Virus record (IMG/VR): IMGVR_UViG_3300044694_000082
Coordinates: 1-64,000 of that record
DNA length: 64,000 nucleotides
Reading direction: 5' to 3' (one strand)
Source: a virus
Taxonomy: Duplodnaviria > Caudoviricetes
The first letter of the stretch is position 1. Each line of letters starts with the position of its first letter. Below, piece after piece: positions 18,535 through 29,678 of the stretch. The translations under genes and the position numbers were made by a program. The notes beneath the pieces are model-generated. The model was given only the letters and a program-made list of their open reading frames with translations, did not search any database and was not told the DNA's origin.

Positions 18535-21522
18535 CTACTGTCGGTCTTCCTCGGATCGGTAGGCGGTCGGGTTGATGGTGCGGTTTCTGCGGTGCAGTGC
18601 TGAGGCGTAGCTGTGGGTCTGGGTGCCGTTGCGTGCGGCGGGGATGTTCTCGACCGGCGGCACCTGGGGTGCGGAGCCGGGGAGTATTTCCTGGACGGGT
18701 CCGGGCTCGTCGGGGATCTCCTCGTCCTTGTCCTCTTCCTTGATCAGTTCCGGGTGGTCGATGCGCAGGGCGATGCCCCTGAAGATCGGGGTGAGTTTGC
18801 CGTTGATGCGCTTCTTCTGGTCCCGGGCCTGGATGGTGGGGACCATGCCGAGCAGTTTGGTCGTGAAGGATTCCCGGGTGTCGGCGACGGTGCGCCCGTG
18901 CTCCTGGTTCCACAGGACCCACATCTCACGGAGGCGCTCCTTGGACACCCACTTGTCGCCGCCGAGGACGCACACCTCCTCGACGAAGCCCTTCTGCGGG
19001 GCCGAGCGGTCCCGCTGGGCGCCGACGATCTCGGGGGTGGCGGCGTTGACGGTGAACTTGCCCTGCTTGACCAGCCGGTCGAGGCCGTCGAGCGCCCAAT
19101 TGAGGATGCCGGGCATCTCGGAGGCGAGCCGGTCGAAGAGGGTGGGGTCCTCGTTGCCGAGGTAGGACTTGACGGTGGTGGCGACGATGAAACGGGTGGG
19201 CAGGACGCCCGCGCTGTCCGCCCAGTTGGGGATCTCGTTGGACAGCAGCACGATCCGGGCGGGGATCTTCCCTTCCCAGGGGCGCTGCCACTTCCGGTCG
19301 ACGTTGATCGTGTCTTCGCCGGTGATCGACAGGAGCCGCTCGGTGATCACCTCGGTGCCCTTCTTGGGCAGGCGGGCGTCACCGATGACGGCGAGCATCT
19401 TGTCGGTCAGGGCCCACAGGCCGAACTGCTCGGTCAGCGAGTTCAGCGTCGGGCCGCAGGAGTTGGTGGGTCCGGCGAGTCTTTGGAGGATGCGGGCGAT
19501 GGTGCCCTTGCCGGAACGTTCAACTCCCTGCAGCAGGAGAGCCTTCTGCATGTCGGTGCGCCCGGAGACGACATAGCCGAACCATTCCTGGATCATGGCG
19601 ACCGTGTCGGGGTCGTGAGCGAAGGTGTCCGCCAGCCACTCTTCCCACTGCGGACACGTCGCGTTACGGTCGTAGGCGAACGGGACGCTGGAGAAGGTGA
19701 AGTAGGCCGGGTCGGCGGGGGCCAGCTCACGGCCGGTGACGCGCAGGAGACCGTTGGTGCAGGAGACGGCCAGGTCGTGGACGCCCTCACCGATCATGGT
19801 GTTCTGCTTGGTGTCGTCCCGGAGGTTGACGGCGGCACGCAGTGCCTTGTCGAGGTTGGTGATGTTGCTGTTGCCCGGGTTCCAGGGCGCCTCGGTCCAC
19901 TCCTTGGTCTCTTTGTCCTGAACCGCCATGTATGCGGCGTCCATGCGCTGGTACAGCCAGGCGGTGATGTCCGCGTCGGACATCACGTTCCACGAGGCGC
20001 CATCCCAGCGGACCCACATGTCCTGCCAGCGCATGAGCGTGGGCTTGCCGTTGTGCAGGAAGAACGCGTCGCGCAGGGCGACGGCCACGCTGTAGGGCTT
20101 CTTGTCGCTGGGGACGCGGAAGTCCTCAACGATCGCAGGAAGCCGTGAGTCGGACAGGGCGTCCTTCTCCCCCACCGGTTCGTCCTGCGGCGTCTGGGCG
20201 GCCGTCTGGACCGTCTGTGGGGGTGCCTGGACTCTCCCCTGAACGGCGGGTTCCGGTACGGGCCGCGGGGCCGGGGCGTCCTTCTCGACGACCTGGCCCG
20301 CGTCGTCCAGCTGCCCGGCCCACGGATCCTCCGGCGCCGCCTGGGGTACAGCCTGCGGGGCGCGGGTGAAATCCTTCCAGACGAAGGGCTGTTCGAGGCC
20401 CTTCTTCGCGCTGTTGACCGTGGCGCGGACCTCGGACTCCTCCAGCCCGCTGTCCAGCCCGGCCGACGTGAACTCGCGCTCCACGTCGGCCTCGTTCAGC
20501 TGTCCGGCACCGGCGTACTGGAACGACATGAAGGCCAGCCGGTTGAGCGTGTTGTTCCGCTCGAACGTGCAGGCCCGCATCTCGGCCAGGTGGTGCTCGA
20601 AGCGGGCGCGGGCGTCCTTGGCAGGCTCACCGGTCAGCTGGGGAGCGCGCCGCTCCGGCTTCGGGGGCGCCGGGCAGGCGGCCTCCAGCTCGGCCAGGGT
20701 GTACCGGGCGCCGGACGACATGAACGCCGTCGGGCGGCGGTTGTTCCAGTCCTTGGCGTTGACAGTGCCGGGAACGCGCAGGACACGGGCGAGGTCGTGG
20801 GCGCCGGTGCCGTAGTTGTAGCCCAGCTTCTCGGCCGCGGCCTTGACTTTGTGGTGCCAGCGGCGGGAGAGCGCGCTGATCCGCATCCGGGTCTCGGCGT
20901 CGGTGATGTCGAGGGGCTCGGCCAGCTTGACGATGTGGTACAGGCCACCGCCAGAGTGCACGGTGATGGACGCCTCGGGCAGGCCGGAGGCGTCGTAGAC
21001 CTTCTGCGCCTCTTCCGCGGTGGGCGGGAGGTTCTCGCCCTCGTGGCCGACGGTCCCGAAGTCGAGATCGGTCCACAGGCCGATGAAGCTCTGCGAGTCG
21101 ATCGCGTAGCCCCGCGAGTCCTTCTTCGCCGGGATCCCCTTCATGGTGGTGATCCGGGCGTAGATGCTCTGCTGGCCGCCGAGTTCGTAGCTCGCCTCGA
21201 TCGAGGTGACGGCCTGCTCGATCCCCTCCTCGTCGGTCGAGAAGAACTCGCCCGCGCCCTTGGCCGGATACGTCCACACCTGAAGAAGTCCGGGGACTTC
21301 TCCGTACATCTCCGTCAGGTAAGCACGTACGGTCTCGCGGTGAACCTTCGGCGCATATGCAGAACCGGTGGGGCGTCGGTCAACATTCGTCCCCCCCAGG
21401 TTGACAACGGGGGTCGCGTCCGCCAAAAATGGTTCTCGTCGCAAGTTGACACGAGACGTCGAGAGGTCAGATGCTGGCGGGTTTGCCCTGCTAACATCGC
21501 TCTCATCCGGAAAAGTCGTCAA
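18535..21522 (-). CDS. Primase-helicase: N-terminal RepB-like/AEP primase plus C-terminal D5/P4-alpha SF3 helicase (true start may be near 21343)
   Basis: LWTDLD, HSGGGLYH, DLARVLRVPGTVN; CPQWEEWL, QEWFGY, GVERSGKGT, ITGEDTINVDRK, LLSNEIP. Confidence 0.9.
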   Translation of the reverse strand: MTTFPDESDVSRANPPASDLSTSRVNLRREPFLADATPVVNLGGTNVDRRPTGSAYAPKVHRETVRAYLTEMYGEVPGLLQVWTYPAKGAGEFFSTDEEGIEQAVTSIEASYELGGQQSIYARITTMKGIPAKKDSRGYAIDSQSFIGLWTDLDFGTVGHEGENLPPTAEEAQKVYDASGLPEASITVHSGGGLYHIVKLAEPLDITDAETRMRISALSRRWHHKVKAAAEKLGYNYGTGAHDLARVLRVPGTVNAKDWNNRRPTAFMSSGARYTLAELEAACPAPPKPERRAPQLTGEPAKDARARFEHHLAEMRACTFERNNTLNRLAFMSFQYAGAGQLNEADVEREFTSAGLDSGLEESEVRATVNSAKKGLEQPFVWKDFTRAPQAVPQAAPEDPWAGQLDDAGQVVEKDAPAPRPVPEPAVQGRVQAPPQTVQTAAQTPQDEPVGEKDALSDSRLPAIVEDFRVPSDKKPYSVAVALRDAFFLHNGKPTLMRWQDMWVRWDGASWNVMSDADITAWLYQRMDAAYMAVQDKETKEWTEAPWNPGNSNITNLDKALRAAVNLRDDTKQNTMIGEGVHDLAVSCTNGLLRVTGRELAPADPAYFTFSSVPFAYDRNATCPQWEEWLADTFAHDPDTVAMIQEWFGYVVSGRTDMQKALLLQGVERSGKGTIARILQRLAGPTNSCGPTLNSLTEQFGLWALTDKMLAVIGDARLPKKGTEVITERLLSITGEDTINVDRKWQRPWEGKIPARIVLLSNEIPNWADSAGVLPTRFIVATTVKSYLGNEDPTLFDRLASEMPGILNWALDGLDRLVKQGKFTVNAATPEIVGAQRDRSAPQKGFVEEVCVLGGDKWVSKERLREMWVLWNQEHGRTVADTRESFTTKLLGMVPTIQARDQKKRINGKLTPIFRGIALRIDHPELIKEEDKDEEIPDEPGPVQEILPGSAPQVPPVENIPAARNGTQTHSYASALHRRNRTINPTAYRSEEDRQ

Positions 21523-21684
21523 CGCTCCGCCCCCGTCCTACGTACGGAGGGGCGGTGGGCCTAGAGAGGTGGTTGCTGGACCGGTAAATTGGACGCATGA
21601 GCGCGGGATTCCGTTCTCCCAGGTTGAGGCCCGGTGGTGAGACACCGGAGCACTCATCATAGACCTCAGGAGACCCGCGTGTTG

Positions 21685-21720
21685 AGGGGCGGTCAGGGAT
21701 TCTTCCCTAGACCGCCCCTA
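21685..21720. terminator. GC-rich stem-loop
   Basis: AGGGGCGGTC-AGGGA ttct TCCCT-a-GACCGCCCCT. Confidence 0.5.
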
Positions 21721-21779
21721 ACGTTTGTCCCCTGTCAAGAGGTGTGGGCGGTGTTGTTTTGTCGACTTGTCGTCATACG

Positions 21780-22079
21780 TCAGTCGACGACCCGAAGTTC
21801 ACGCTGCCGGGGAATCCCGCTCAGCAACTCGTCGGCATAGCTGGCGCCAACGGATACGGGCAACACCTCGACCTGCCGGGCCCGCTCACGCAGCGGCCGG
21901 AAGTCCCCGGTGATGATGGCCTTCATGGACTGTGATGCCTGCCACAGTCCGGTGTTCAGCTCGGAAAACCGGTAGTCCGCCACGTTGGCGTGCTGGTCCT
22001 CCCACTGCTGCAGCGTGGCCAGCATCCGCTCGACCACGAACCTCATCGCACGCAGGCGAACGATCGGCATCTTGCTCAT
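21780..22079 (-). CDS. Hypothetical protein
   Basis: GACAAGGAAGG leader; ORF starts MSKMPIVRL. Confidence 0.65.
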   Translation of the reverse strand: MSKMPIVRLRAMRFVVERMLATLQQWEDQHANVADYRFSELNTGLWQASQSMKAIITGDFRPLRERARQVEVLPVSVGASYADELLSGIPRQRELRVVD

Positions 22080-22140
22080 CGGTGGTTCCCCCACCTTCCT
22101 TGTCGTTGAGTGCATCACACACCGCGATCCGACAATGCGT

Positions 22141-22167
22141 CAAGCCGCCGTCAAGGACGGCGGCTTG
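22141..22167. terminator. Stem-loop closing the parS-array transcription unit
   Basis: CAAGCCGCCGTC-aag-GACGGCGGCTTG. Confidence 0.6.
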
Positions 22168-22334
22168 GGCGTGTGACCTTGTCTTTTTGTCGATGTTTCA
22201 CGTGGAACATCGACGGCGTCAGTTACGCATCCACAGCCACGCCACGAAGCCGATGAGGCCCATGGCGGCGAGATCGAAGATCAGCTCGTAGGCGTTGTGG
22301 GGCACCGGCAGTCCGTCTGCCAGCATCTGGTGTA

Positions 22335-22852
22335 TCAAGGTGCTCCTCTTTCAGGTGGCGTTTCACGTGGAACATCGCGCGGGACATGCGCCTTGGGTAC
22401 CTCGATCACCGAGGGTCCCGTCATCAGCCGGTCATACACGCCGTATGCCTTGGTCCAGAGCAGCCCGAGCCACGAACCGGCCCACAACGTGAACCGGTTG
22501 CGGCACATCAGACGGTCCCAGAACGTGAACTCGAAGTCGTCCTCATCGTTCACGTCGACTCCTCGGTGATGGTGACCCGATGGGTTCGTTTCACGCCGTC
22601 ATAGGTATCGGTGACCAGCAGGTCGTTGGTGTCGTGGTCGATCACCACCTCGGGGACGGGCATCTCACTGACCAGCCCCAGGATGATGCGGTGGCGCAGC
22701 TCGATGAACGCGCTCTGCTTCATCAGCAGCCGCTTGTAAGTCGACCCCGATGTTTCACGTGGAACATCCGGCGGGACGACGAGCTTCGGCAGCACGATGG
22801 CAGCCTGCGGCTTGATGAGCTGCCGGAGCCAATGTTTCACGTGGAACATCAT
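22335..22852 (-). CDS. Two hypothetical genes (22335-22553, 22550-22852), each with an in-frame parS
   Basis: GTGA/ATGA overlaps; both contain DVPRET. Confidence 0.6.
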
Positions 22853-23646
22853 GCGCCGCGGGTGGCCAGCTCGCGGGCGGCCTCCTGGTAGGCGAGCGCC
22901 GCATTGTTGGACGGCTCGTACTCGATGAGCGTCTGGCCATAGCTGGGCGCCTCGGCCGCGCGGACGGACCGGGGGATCTTGGTCTTCAGCGTCTGCTCAG
23001 GGAAGTGTGCGCGGACCTCCTCCTCGACCTGACTGGCCAGCCGAGTCGCGGCGTTGTACATGGTGAGCAGCACGGTGGAGATGCGCAGCTCCGGGTTGTA
23101 GTACTCCTGGATACCGTTGATGGTCTTCGACAGCTGACCCACGCCTTCGAGCGCGTAGTACTCGCACTGGATCGGAACCAGGATCTCGCGGCCGACGACG
23201 AGCGCGTTGACCGTGAGCAGGCCCAGGCTGGGCGGGCAGTCGAGGAAGATGTAGTCGAAGCCCATCTTGCTGTCCTCGATGGCCCGCTTCAGCCGCTGCT
23301 CACGGGCGTGCATGTTGACCATCTCGACCTCCGCACCGGCGAGGTCGAGGGAGGCCGGGACGCAGTACAGGTTCTCCGAGAACTTCGTCTCCTGAACGAC
23401 GTCGTCGAGCAGCTTGCCGTCGGTGAGCACGTCGTAGATCGAGAGCATGTCCTCGTTGTGGTGGTCGATGCCCAGGGCCGTGGACGCGTTGCCCTGGGGG
23501 TCGAGGTCGACGACCAGGACCCTACTCCCGAGCTGCGCAAGGCAGGCAGCGAGGTTCACGGTTGAGGTGGTCTTGGCGACGCCGCCCTTCTGGTTGGCGA
23601 CGACGATGATCCGCGTCTCTTCGGGAAGCGGAAGGAAGCTGGTCAT
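22849..23646 (-). CDS. parA: ParA/Soj ATPase, chromosomal (Streptomyces-like) type
   Basis: ANQKGGVAKTT, VDLDPQGNASTALG, LDLAGAE, DCPPSLGLLTVNAL, PIQCEYYALEG, IPRSVRAAEAPSYG. ATG 23646 follows AAAAGGA; flanked by parS on both sides. Confidence 0.95.
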   Translation of the reverse strand: MTSFLPLPEETRIIVVANQKGGVAKTTSTVNLAACLAQLGSRVLVVDLDPQGNASTALGIDHHNEDMLSIYDVLTDGKLLDDVVQETKFSENLYCVPASLDLAGAEVEMVNMHAREQRLKRAIEDSKMGFDYIFLDCPPSLGLLTVNALVVGREILVPIQCEYYALEGVGQLSKTINGIQEYYNPELRISTVLLTMYNAATRLASQVEEEVRAHFPEQTLKTKIPRSVRAAEAPSYGQTLIEYEPSNNAALAYQEAARELATRGA

Positions 23647-23689
23647 GCTGGTGTCCTTTTGTCGATGTGGCGATGTTTCACGTGGAACA

Positions 23690-26179
23690 TCAAGCGGGGT
23701 AGAGCGCGGCCGTCTGCTTGTCGACCGGCTCAATGCGAATGCCCTCTGGCCAGTTGGGAGGGATCGGGACGCCGGGACTGCCGTGGGCGACGTCCCTGGC
23801 CAGGTTCTCACCGAACAGATATGGTCCGTCCGTCCAGACCAGGTGCCAACAGTCGTCCTGCTCAACGGCGACCGGCCTGCCGAAGCCCCGGTGCTCCTTG
23901 TAGCCGTGGAACATCAGCTTGACCTGCTCGACGCAGGACTCGGCCTGTTCGCGGGTGATGCGATTGGTCATGTCTCTCCTCTATGTTTCACGTGGAACAT
24001 CACTCTTCGGGTTCCTTCTCTTCGGCGGGATCCTGGCCGAGGTTCTCCAGCTCCTCCAGCGCGATGGCGATGTTGCCCGCCTGGTCAGCGGCCTCGTACC
24101 ACATGGTGTCGCGGTCCTCGGCGGTGTAGCTGCGATCCTCCATGCTGTCGTCGAGATCCTGAAGGCGGTCCCTGGCCGCCTCATAAAACTCGGACAGGTG
24201 CGTCAGGTTGTCCGTGGAAGTAGGGATGAGCCCGAGGACCACGTCGATAGCGTCCAGGAGCTTGCCCTGCACGCCTTCAGGAAGGACATCCTCGGCCAGC
24301 TCTGCCGTCCTGTCGCCGAAGGAGTCGAGCAGTCCACCCAGTTCTGCGCCCTTCTCCAGCCACGGCTTCAGCAGCTCGTTCGTTTCTTCGAGATCGTCCA
24401 GGAGCACCGAGAGCTTGGTCATGTTTGCACGGCTGCGGTGGGCTTCGGCCAGCTTCCTCAGCTGATCGATTGGATAGGTCATGGCTCCAGTCCTTGACGG
24501 TGATGTTTCACGTGGAACATCAGTTGTCTTCCAGCTCGACGGTCAGACTGTTCCCGGCCAACATGTGCAAGATCAGGACGTTGTCGCCCTGGATGCGCAC
24601 CTGTCCATTGCGCTCGTGGCAGACCGTGATGTGGCCCCACTTGTTGGCGAACTTCACCATGGAGTTCTTCGGCAGCGGGGTGTCACCCAGGCGGGACGGC
24701 TGCAGGATGCGAACATTGCTGTCCCCCTCGACCTCACCCTTGAGGATGGCGACAGCTTCCTCCAGCTCCTTAATGGTGCTGCGCATGCTGGCCAGGGATA
24801 CCTGCGCCCACTGCGGGAGCTTGCTCTCCCGCGGGTCGGCGGTCTCATGGTTGGTCATGGTGCTACTCCTCTCTATGTTTCACGTGGAACATCACTCGTC
24901 GGGCTCGCACTGGTGCATGTACACCAGCTCCCGTGCGGACTTCTCACCGAACGGTTCGCTGCCGTGCAGGTTGTAGGGGAATCCTGTCTCGAACCCGCAC
25001 GGCTTGTGCTTGAGATAGGCGAGGTGCGGGAAGTAGCCGCCGCTGCTGCGCGCTTCCCAGTCAGGAGGCAGATGCATCGTCGTCTCCCGATGTTTCACGT
25101 GGAACATCACCCTCGATCCGGGAGACCGAGACCGGCGTCCAGCTCTTGACGTAGCGCACCTTGGGTGCCGCTTCGATGGCGGCCCGATGAGCACTCACGT
25201 AGTCGACGGCGTCTACCTCGACCGATGTCGTGGCGTGTCCTTGGAGATACACCTTGTATTTCATGCGTCGTCCTCCCGCGATGTTTCACGTGGAACATCG
25301 ACCGTCTCGCTGGCAAGGATCCGCTTGAGCAGTTCACTCTTGTCGATCTGACCGACCTCGTGCGCCAGCCCCTGGGCATCCTTCTCCAGAAGCCGGGCCA
25401 TGGCATCGTCGCTGGGCGATGTTTCACGTGGAACATCCGTGACCACCGAACCGCCGTCCGGCACGATGCCGCCACTGAAGTTGCCGAAGGTCAACCTGTC
25501 GTTGGGCATCGCAGCCCGGAGTTTGTCCTCGACCTGGGCCCGCGCGTCGGACCAGTTCTCGGCCTCGACCGTGCGCTGAGCAGTACGGGCCGCACCGCCG
25601 TTGACGCGGTAGACGACGTCGACCTGGAAGAGCGATGTTTCACGTGGAACATCCGTCATCCCGCTGCCCACGAGGTGGTTCCAAAACTGTTCGGGGTTGT
25701 CGTGGTCGCCGCCGTACGACGCCCACGCCTCCCTGATCGTCTCCTGCAGCATGGCGACCTGCGAGAGCGGCATGTCGTCGGGCGTCTTGATGGAGAAGAG
25801 GCCGCGGTGGTCCGGCCAGAGTTGCTGGGTCATCGGTCCTCCTGTCGATGTTTCACGTGGAACGTCGGTGGCTGTCGAACTTCCGCTCGGCAGCCAGCTC
25901 CTGTTCGTACTTGGTCAGCGCACGGGCGTAGGAATCCAGGCGCTGGGCGGCCATGCGATTGGTGAGCTGACTGCGCCCCTTCCACACGCCGTCGGGGCGG
26001 CAGAAGGCGTCCTTCGGTGCGCCCTCCTCGTGGAACTCGGCGCAGGCCTTGATGATGTAGTCCGCCCGCATGCCGCCATCCACCAGGTAGGCAACGAGGT
26101 AGCGGTAGCCGAAGTTGTGCGCCGGGCTGGGCACGTGCTGATCGGGGGTTCCGTAGGGCGGGTTGAACTTGGCCATCAC
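23690..26179 (-). CDS. parS-separated small hypothetical genes: 23690-23971, 24000-24482, 24520-24858, 24892-25077, 25061-25264, 25261-25833, 25853-26179
   Basis: Each has its own RBS just after a parS site and ends at or in the next one. Confidence 0.75.
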
Positions 26180-26904
26180 TCCTCCGTCGATGTTTCACGT
26201 GGAACATAGAAGGTGGCCCGCACGGTCTGCAGCCAATCCTCGACCTTCTCGGTGTCGGGCTTCTCGGGCAGCACACACGGGGCGTTGTCGAAGACGTACT
26301 CATACTTGCCGAGGAGTTCCTTGGCATGGGCGATGTTCCCCATGGCGACCATGGAGCCGAACGACATCACGATGTCCGGGTGCTGGAGCCGGATCGACAG
26401 TCTGCCAGTCCTCCACAGTTCGAGGCCCTGGATCAGCAGCCGGTTCATGTGGCGAGCATGCTTGGCCGTCCGCTTGGCGAGGTCCGGCCCGAAGGTGCCG
26501 TCGGCTCGCGACTCCAGCTTCTTGAACTGCTGGGTGGCGTAGCCGAGGTAGGCGTTGCGGACGTAAGCCGCCGACAGGAATGCCTCCCTGATGCCGATCA
26601 GTGCTTCACCGAGCGGCGTGGTGGTCTCGTACTCGTCGAGCCAGAGCAGCTCCATGACGGTCGGATTGCACTTGAGGGCCAGCTGGCAGTACTTGCGGGC
26701 CTCATGCATGGTGATGTCGGGGTTGGTCTCGACGATCGACTCTTGTGGATTGGCCAACCCGAGGAAGGCTTCCGTGCGGGCGGCGAACACGCCGAGCCGG
26801 TCGATGTCGGAACCCGGGCGTGCGAGTCCGTACGCGGTGGATCCCACCACGCCGGACAGGAGGATCTTCACTGTGCTGTCTGATGTTTCACGTGGAACAT
26901 TCAC
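26176..26904 (-). CDS. YcgL-like nucleotidyltransferase (DNA pol beta superfamily)
   Basis: VVGSTAYGLARPGSDIDRLGVF (GS..DxD), KCNPTVMELLW, AYLGYA, KHARHMNRLL. Confidence 0.88.
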   Translation of the reverse strand: MNVPRETSDSTVKILLSGVVGSTAYGLARPGSDIDRLGVFAARTEAFLGLANPQESIVETNPDITMHEARKYCQLALKCNPTVMELLWLDEYETTTPLGEALIGIREAFLSAAYVRNAYLGYATQQFKKLESRADGTFGPDLAKRTAKHARHMNRLLIQGLELWRTGRLSIRLQHPDIVMSFGSMVAMGNIAHAKELLGKYEYVFDNAPCVLPEKPDTEKVEDWLQTVRATFYVPRETSTEE

Positions 26905-29024
26905 TGTCCGGCCTCGACGAGTTCGACCTCGGTGGCCCGCGGGAAGCAGACCTCAGTCTCGTTCCGGCAGGGGCTGCCGTCCATCCAGTCGAGCTGAAGC
27001 CGTCCGTCACCCGCCCAGGACCACTCACGGATAACGGCCTCACGGCCCTTGAAGGAGCCATCCTCCAAGATGCGGATGCGATCGCCGGGCACCAGGCCGC
27101 GGTGCATACGCAACTGCTCGAACTGGGACACGTCCGCGTTGTAGCTGGCTGCAGCCCTGGTGATTTCACTCTGGTGCGCCTCGACGGCCTGCGCTTCGAG
27201 CAGCGTGTCGTAGGCTTCGGCAGTCAGGCGGGCCGCCTGCACGAGGCGGTCCTTCTGGACGGCGCTCAGTGGAGTCTTCACTTCTCTCCTTGATCGGTGG
27301 ATGTTTCACGTGGAACATCGGGCAGGCCGCGCCGCAAGATGTCGAGGAATAGGGAGATGCCCTCCGTGCTGTACAGGTTGATGGTGGCGTTGAGGCCGTC
27401 CTCGTCGTTCCAGACGCGGGATCGCACGCTGACCTCGTTGTCCTTGTTCAGATCCCTGAGGCGGCGCAGCAGTTCCTCGGCATCCGGGGCGACCTTGTTC
27501 AGAGCCTCACTCATCCGCCGCTTTTCGGTTTTACGCTTCTCTGCCTTGGCCGCGTCTTCCTTGCGCTTGGCGTCGAGCAAATCCATGACCAACTCGCCGT
27601 AACGGTCACGCGTGGTGTACAGGTAGCGCACCCCGCTACGCCAGACGTTGTCATGGCCCTTCGAGCGGACATGCGTGACGTAGCCGTAGTTCTCCCTCGC
27701 GTATTCGTAGGGCCGGTGGTACTGGAAGTACACGGAGAACAGGGAGGTCTGGAACTCCTTGATAGGGAGGTGGACGTAGCCGTTCGCGCTGACCTCGACC
27801 CTGGCCAGACGCTCGTCTTCGAGGAGCTTTTCCATCCGGGACCGAACGGCATTCGACGTGCTCTTGAAGCTGCGGAAGCCCTGCGTGAGGAGATACTCCC
27901 ACTCGAAGACGGGATGGCGGTTGTCATCGGTGACCTTCTCGGCGATCAGTTCGTCGAGGAAGGCGTAGAGACGTTCCGGTGTGGGTGCAGGCATATCAGT
28001 TCTCCTTGGTTTCACGTGGAACATCGGCCGGATGGAAGAACTCGTCCCACATCCGGCGTTCCTCGTCGGTCATCTCGGTGTTGGGCCTCCGCTGCAGGAA
28101 CACCAGGTGGCCGCAGACTCCGCCCGTGACGCTGTAGGTGTAGCCCGGCACGCACTCCATGATCATGACGTCCTCGGTCTCATCGCAGTCGTCGGCCGGG
28201 CACTTCGGCCACGGCTTCCAGGCATCGATCGAATCACTCATCGCTCGGCTCCGATGTTTCACGTGGAACATTGAGCGCCTCGCGTGCGGCGGCCACGTTG
28301 TACGCATCGATGAACGGCTGCGCTTTGGACGTCATGTGCGTGTCAGTGAAGCGCTGAAAGGCGACGCCGTCCGTGCCAACCCAGTACAGGACACCGTCGT
28401 ACACGCCAGGCTCCTCGACGCCGTAAGCGATCTCGCGGTCAGCCATCGCCCGGCTCCAATGTTTCACGTGGAACATCACGGAGCCCCGCCTGCTGCTCAT
28501 CGAAGAGGCGCTGGGCAATGGCGCTCTCCCGCGTGAAGGTACGCCAGGCCGTCGTGTCGGCCGGTGTCTTGTACTCCCGCATGCGGGTCTCGAAGTATCT
28601 GAGCGCCAGCGCGATGTCCTCCTCGGACAGGCGCACCTTCCACCTGTTGCCCTTCTGGCGCTCGGCCTTGTGGAGGGCGGCGACCAGGGAGCAGATCTCG
28701 GGGCTGTATCGGTCGGGCTGGTCGGTGGATCGGAGCAGTCTCTGGAACTGCCCATCGGTCAGGAAAAGCTCTTCATCCATGGGTCTCCTTGGTGGGGATG
28801 TTTCACGTGGAACCCTCACTGCGTCCGCAGCGAGGGCAGGGGAGTTTTACGAGGTCGAGGCAGACAACGCAGTTGACCTGCGGATCGCCTTCGCCTTCCT
28901 CTACGTCGGTCAGGTCGGCGCCGCAAACGGCGGTGTCCGGGATGCAGCACCAGTAGTGCCCCAGCTCGTCACCGTCATCGGTGCTGGTTTCCTGGGGCGC
29001 AGGGGCGGGTGCCAAGGTGGTCAT
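26901..29024 (-). CDS. parS-separated hypothetical genes: 26901-27281, 27278-27994, 27996-28241, 28234-28446, 28439-28780, 28803-29024
   Basis: RBS and overlaps; several end in VPRET tails. Confidence 0.72.
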
Positions 29025-29126
29025 TGGCCGCTCCTTCCTTGTCAATGTTTCACGTGGAACATCGGGCTGGTCGTCGGTCGAGGGGAGCCCACCCCCGCGG
29101 GGATGGGCTCGGGTCACGACCGGCGG

Positions 29127-29456
29127 TCAGCTCCTCTTGCGCCGCACGATCGTGCCGGTGGTGTCGCCCTCGCGGATCATCGTGCGCAGCCGGGTCGCCG
29201 CGCGGAAGCGGATCCCGCGCACGGGTGCCACGTCGATCAGCTCGCCAGTCTGGAGGTTCCGGCCCTTCTTGGCGCCGCGCATGCTGGTCTCGAAGATGCC
29301 GAAGTTGGGGACGGTGAGCGCGCCTTCCGCAGCGAGCAGCTTGGCTAGCTCGTCGAAGGCGGCGGTCAGGATCTCCTGACTGGTGTTGACGTCGGTGTTG
29401 GTCCTGACAGCCACGGTCTTCGCGAGGTCGTTGAGGGTGGTCTTGTCCTGAGCCAT
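29127..29456 (-). CDS. hup: HU/IHF-family histone-like DNA-binding protein
   Basis: LTVPNFGIFETSMRGAKKGRNLQTGELIDVAPVRGIRFRAA. Confidence 0.9.
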   Translation of the reverse strand: MAQDKTTLNDLAKTVAVRTNTDVNTSQEILTAAFDELAKLLAAEGALTVPNFGIFETSMRGAKKGRNLQTGELIDVAPVRGIRFRAATRLRTMIREGDTTGTIVRRKRS

Positions 29457-29678
29457 GTGGCTTCCTTGTCTATGAGTGTCGATGTTTCACGTGGAACATT
29501 GGTGTAGCACCCGGCTACGACAATGCCGTCAGGGCGCCGAGGATGATCGCCGCAACTACCACAGCGGCGGCCACGATCAGCACTGCTATGTCGACGGCGA
29601 CGGACCGGGTGGTCTTGATCTTGGGTCGGAGATGCGGGTCGTAGGGCATCGTGGCCCTTCCTTGTCGGGTACTGCAGG

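Noticed and set aside
23570-23595. KGGVAKT instead of KGGVGKT as a sign of an inactive ParA
   Set aside because: Both lysines are intact and this variant occurs in other actinobacterial ParA-family proteins.
22194-29498. The window as a host chromosome oriC region
   Set aside because: No dnaA, gidB, parB, gyr or other core genes. Gene content and organisation are phage-like, though integration near oriC cannot be excluded from this window alone.
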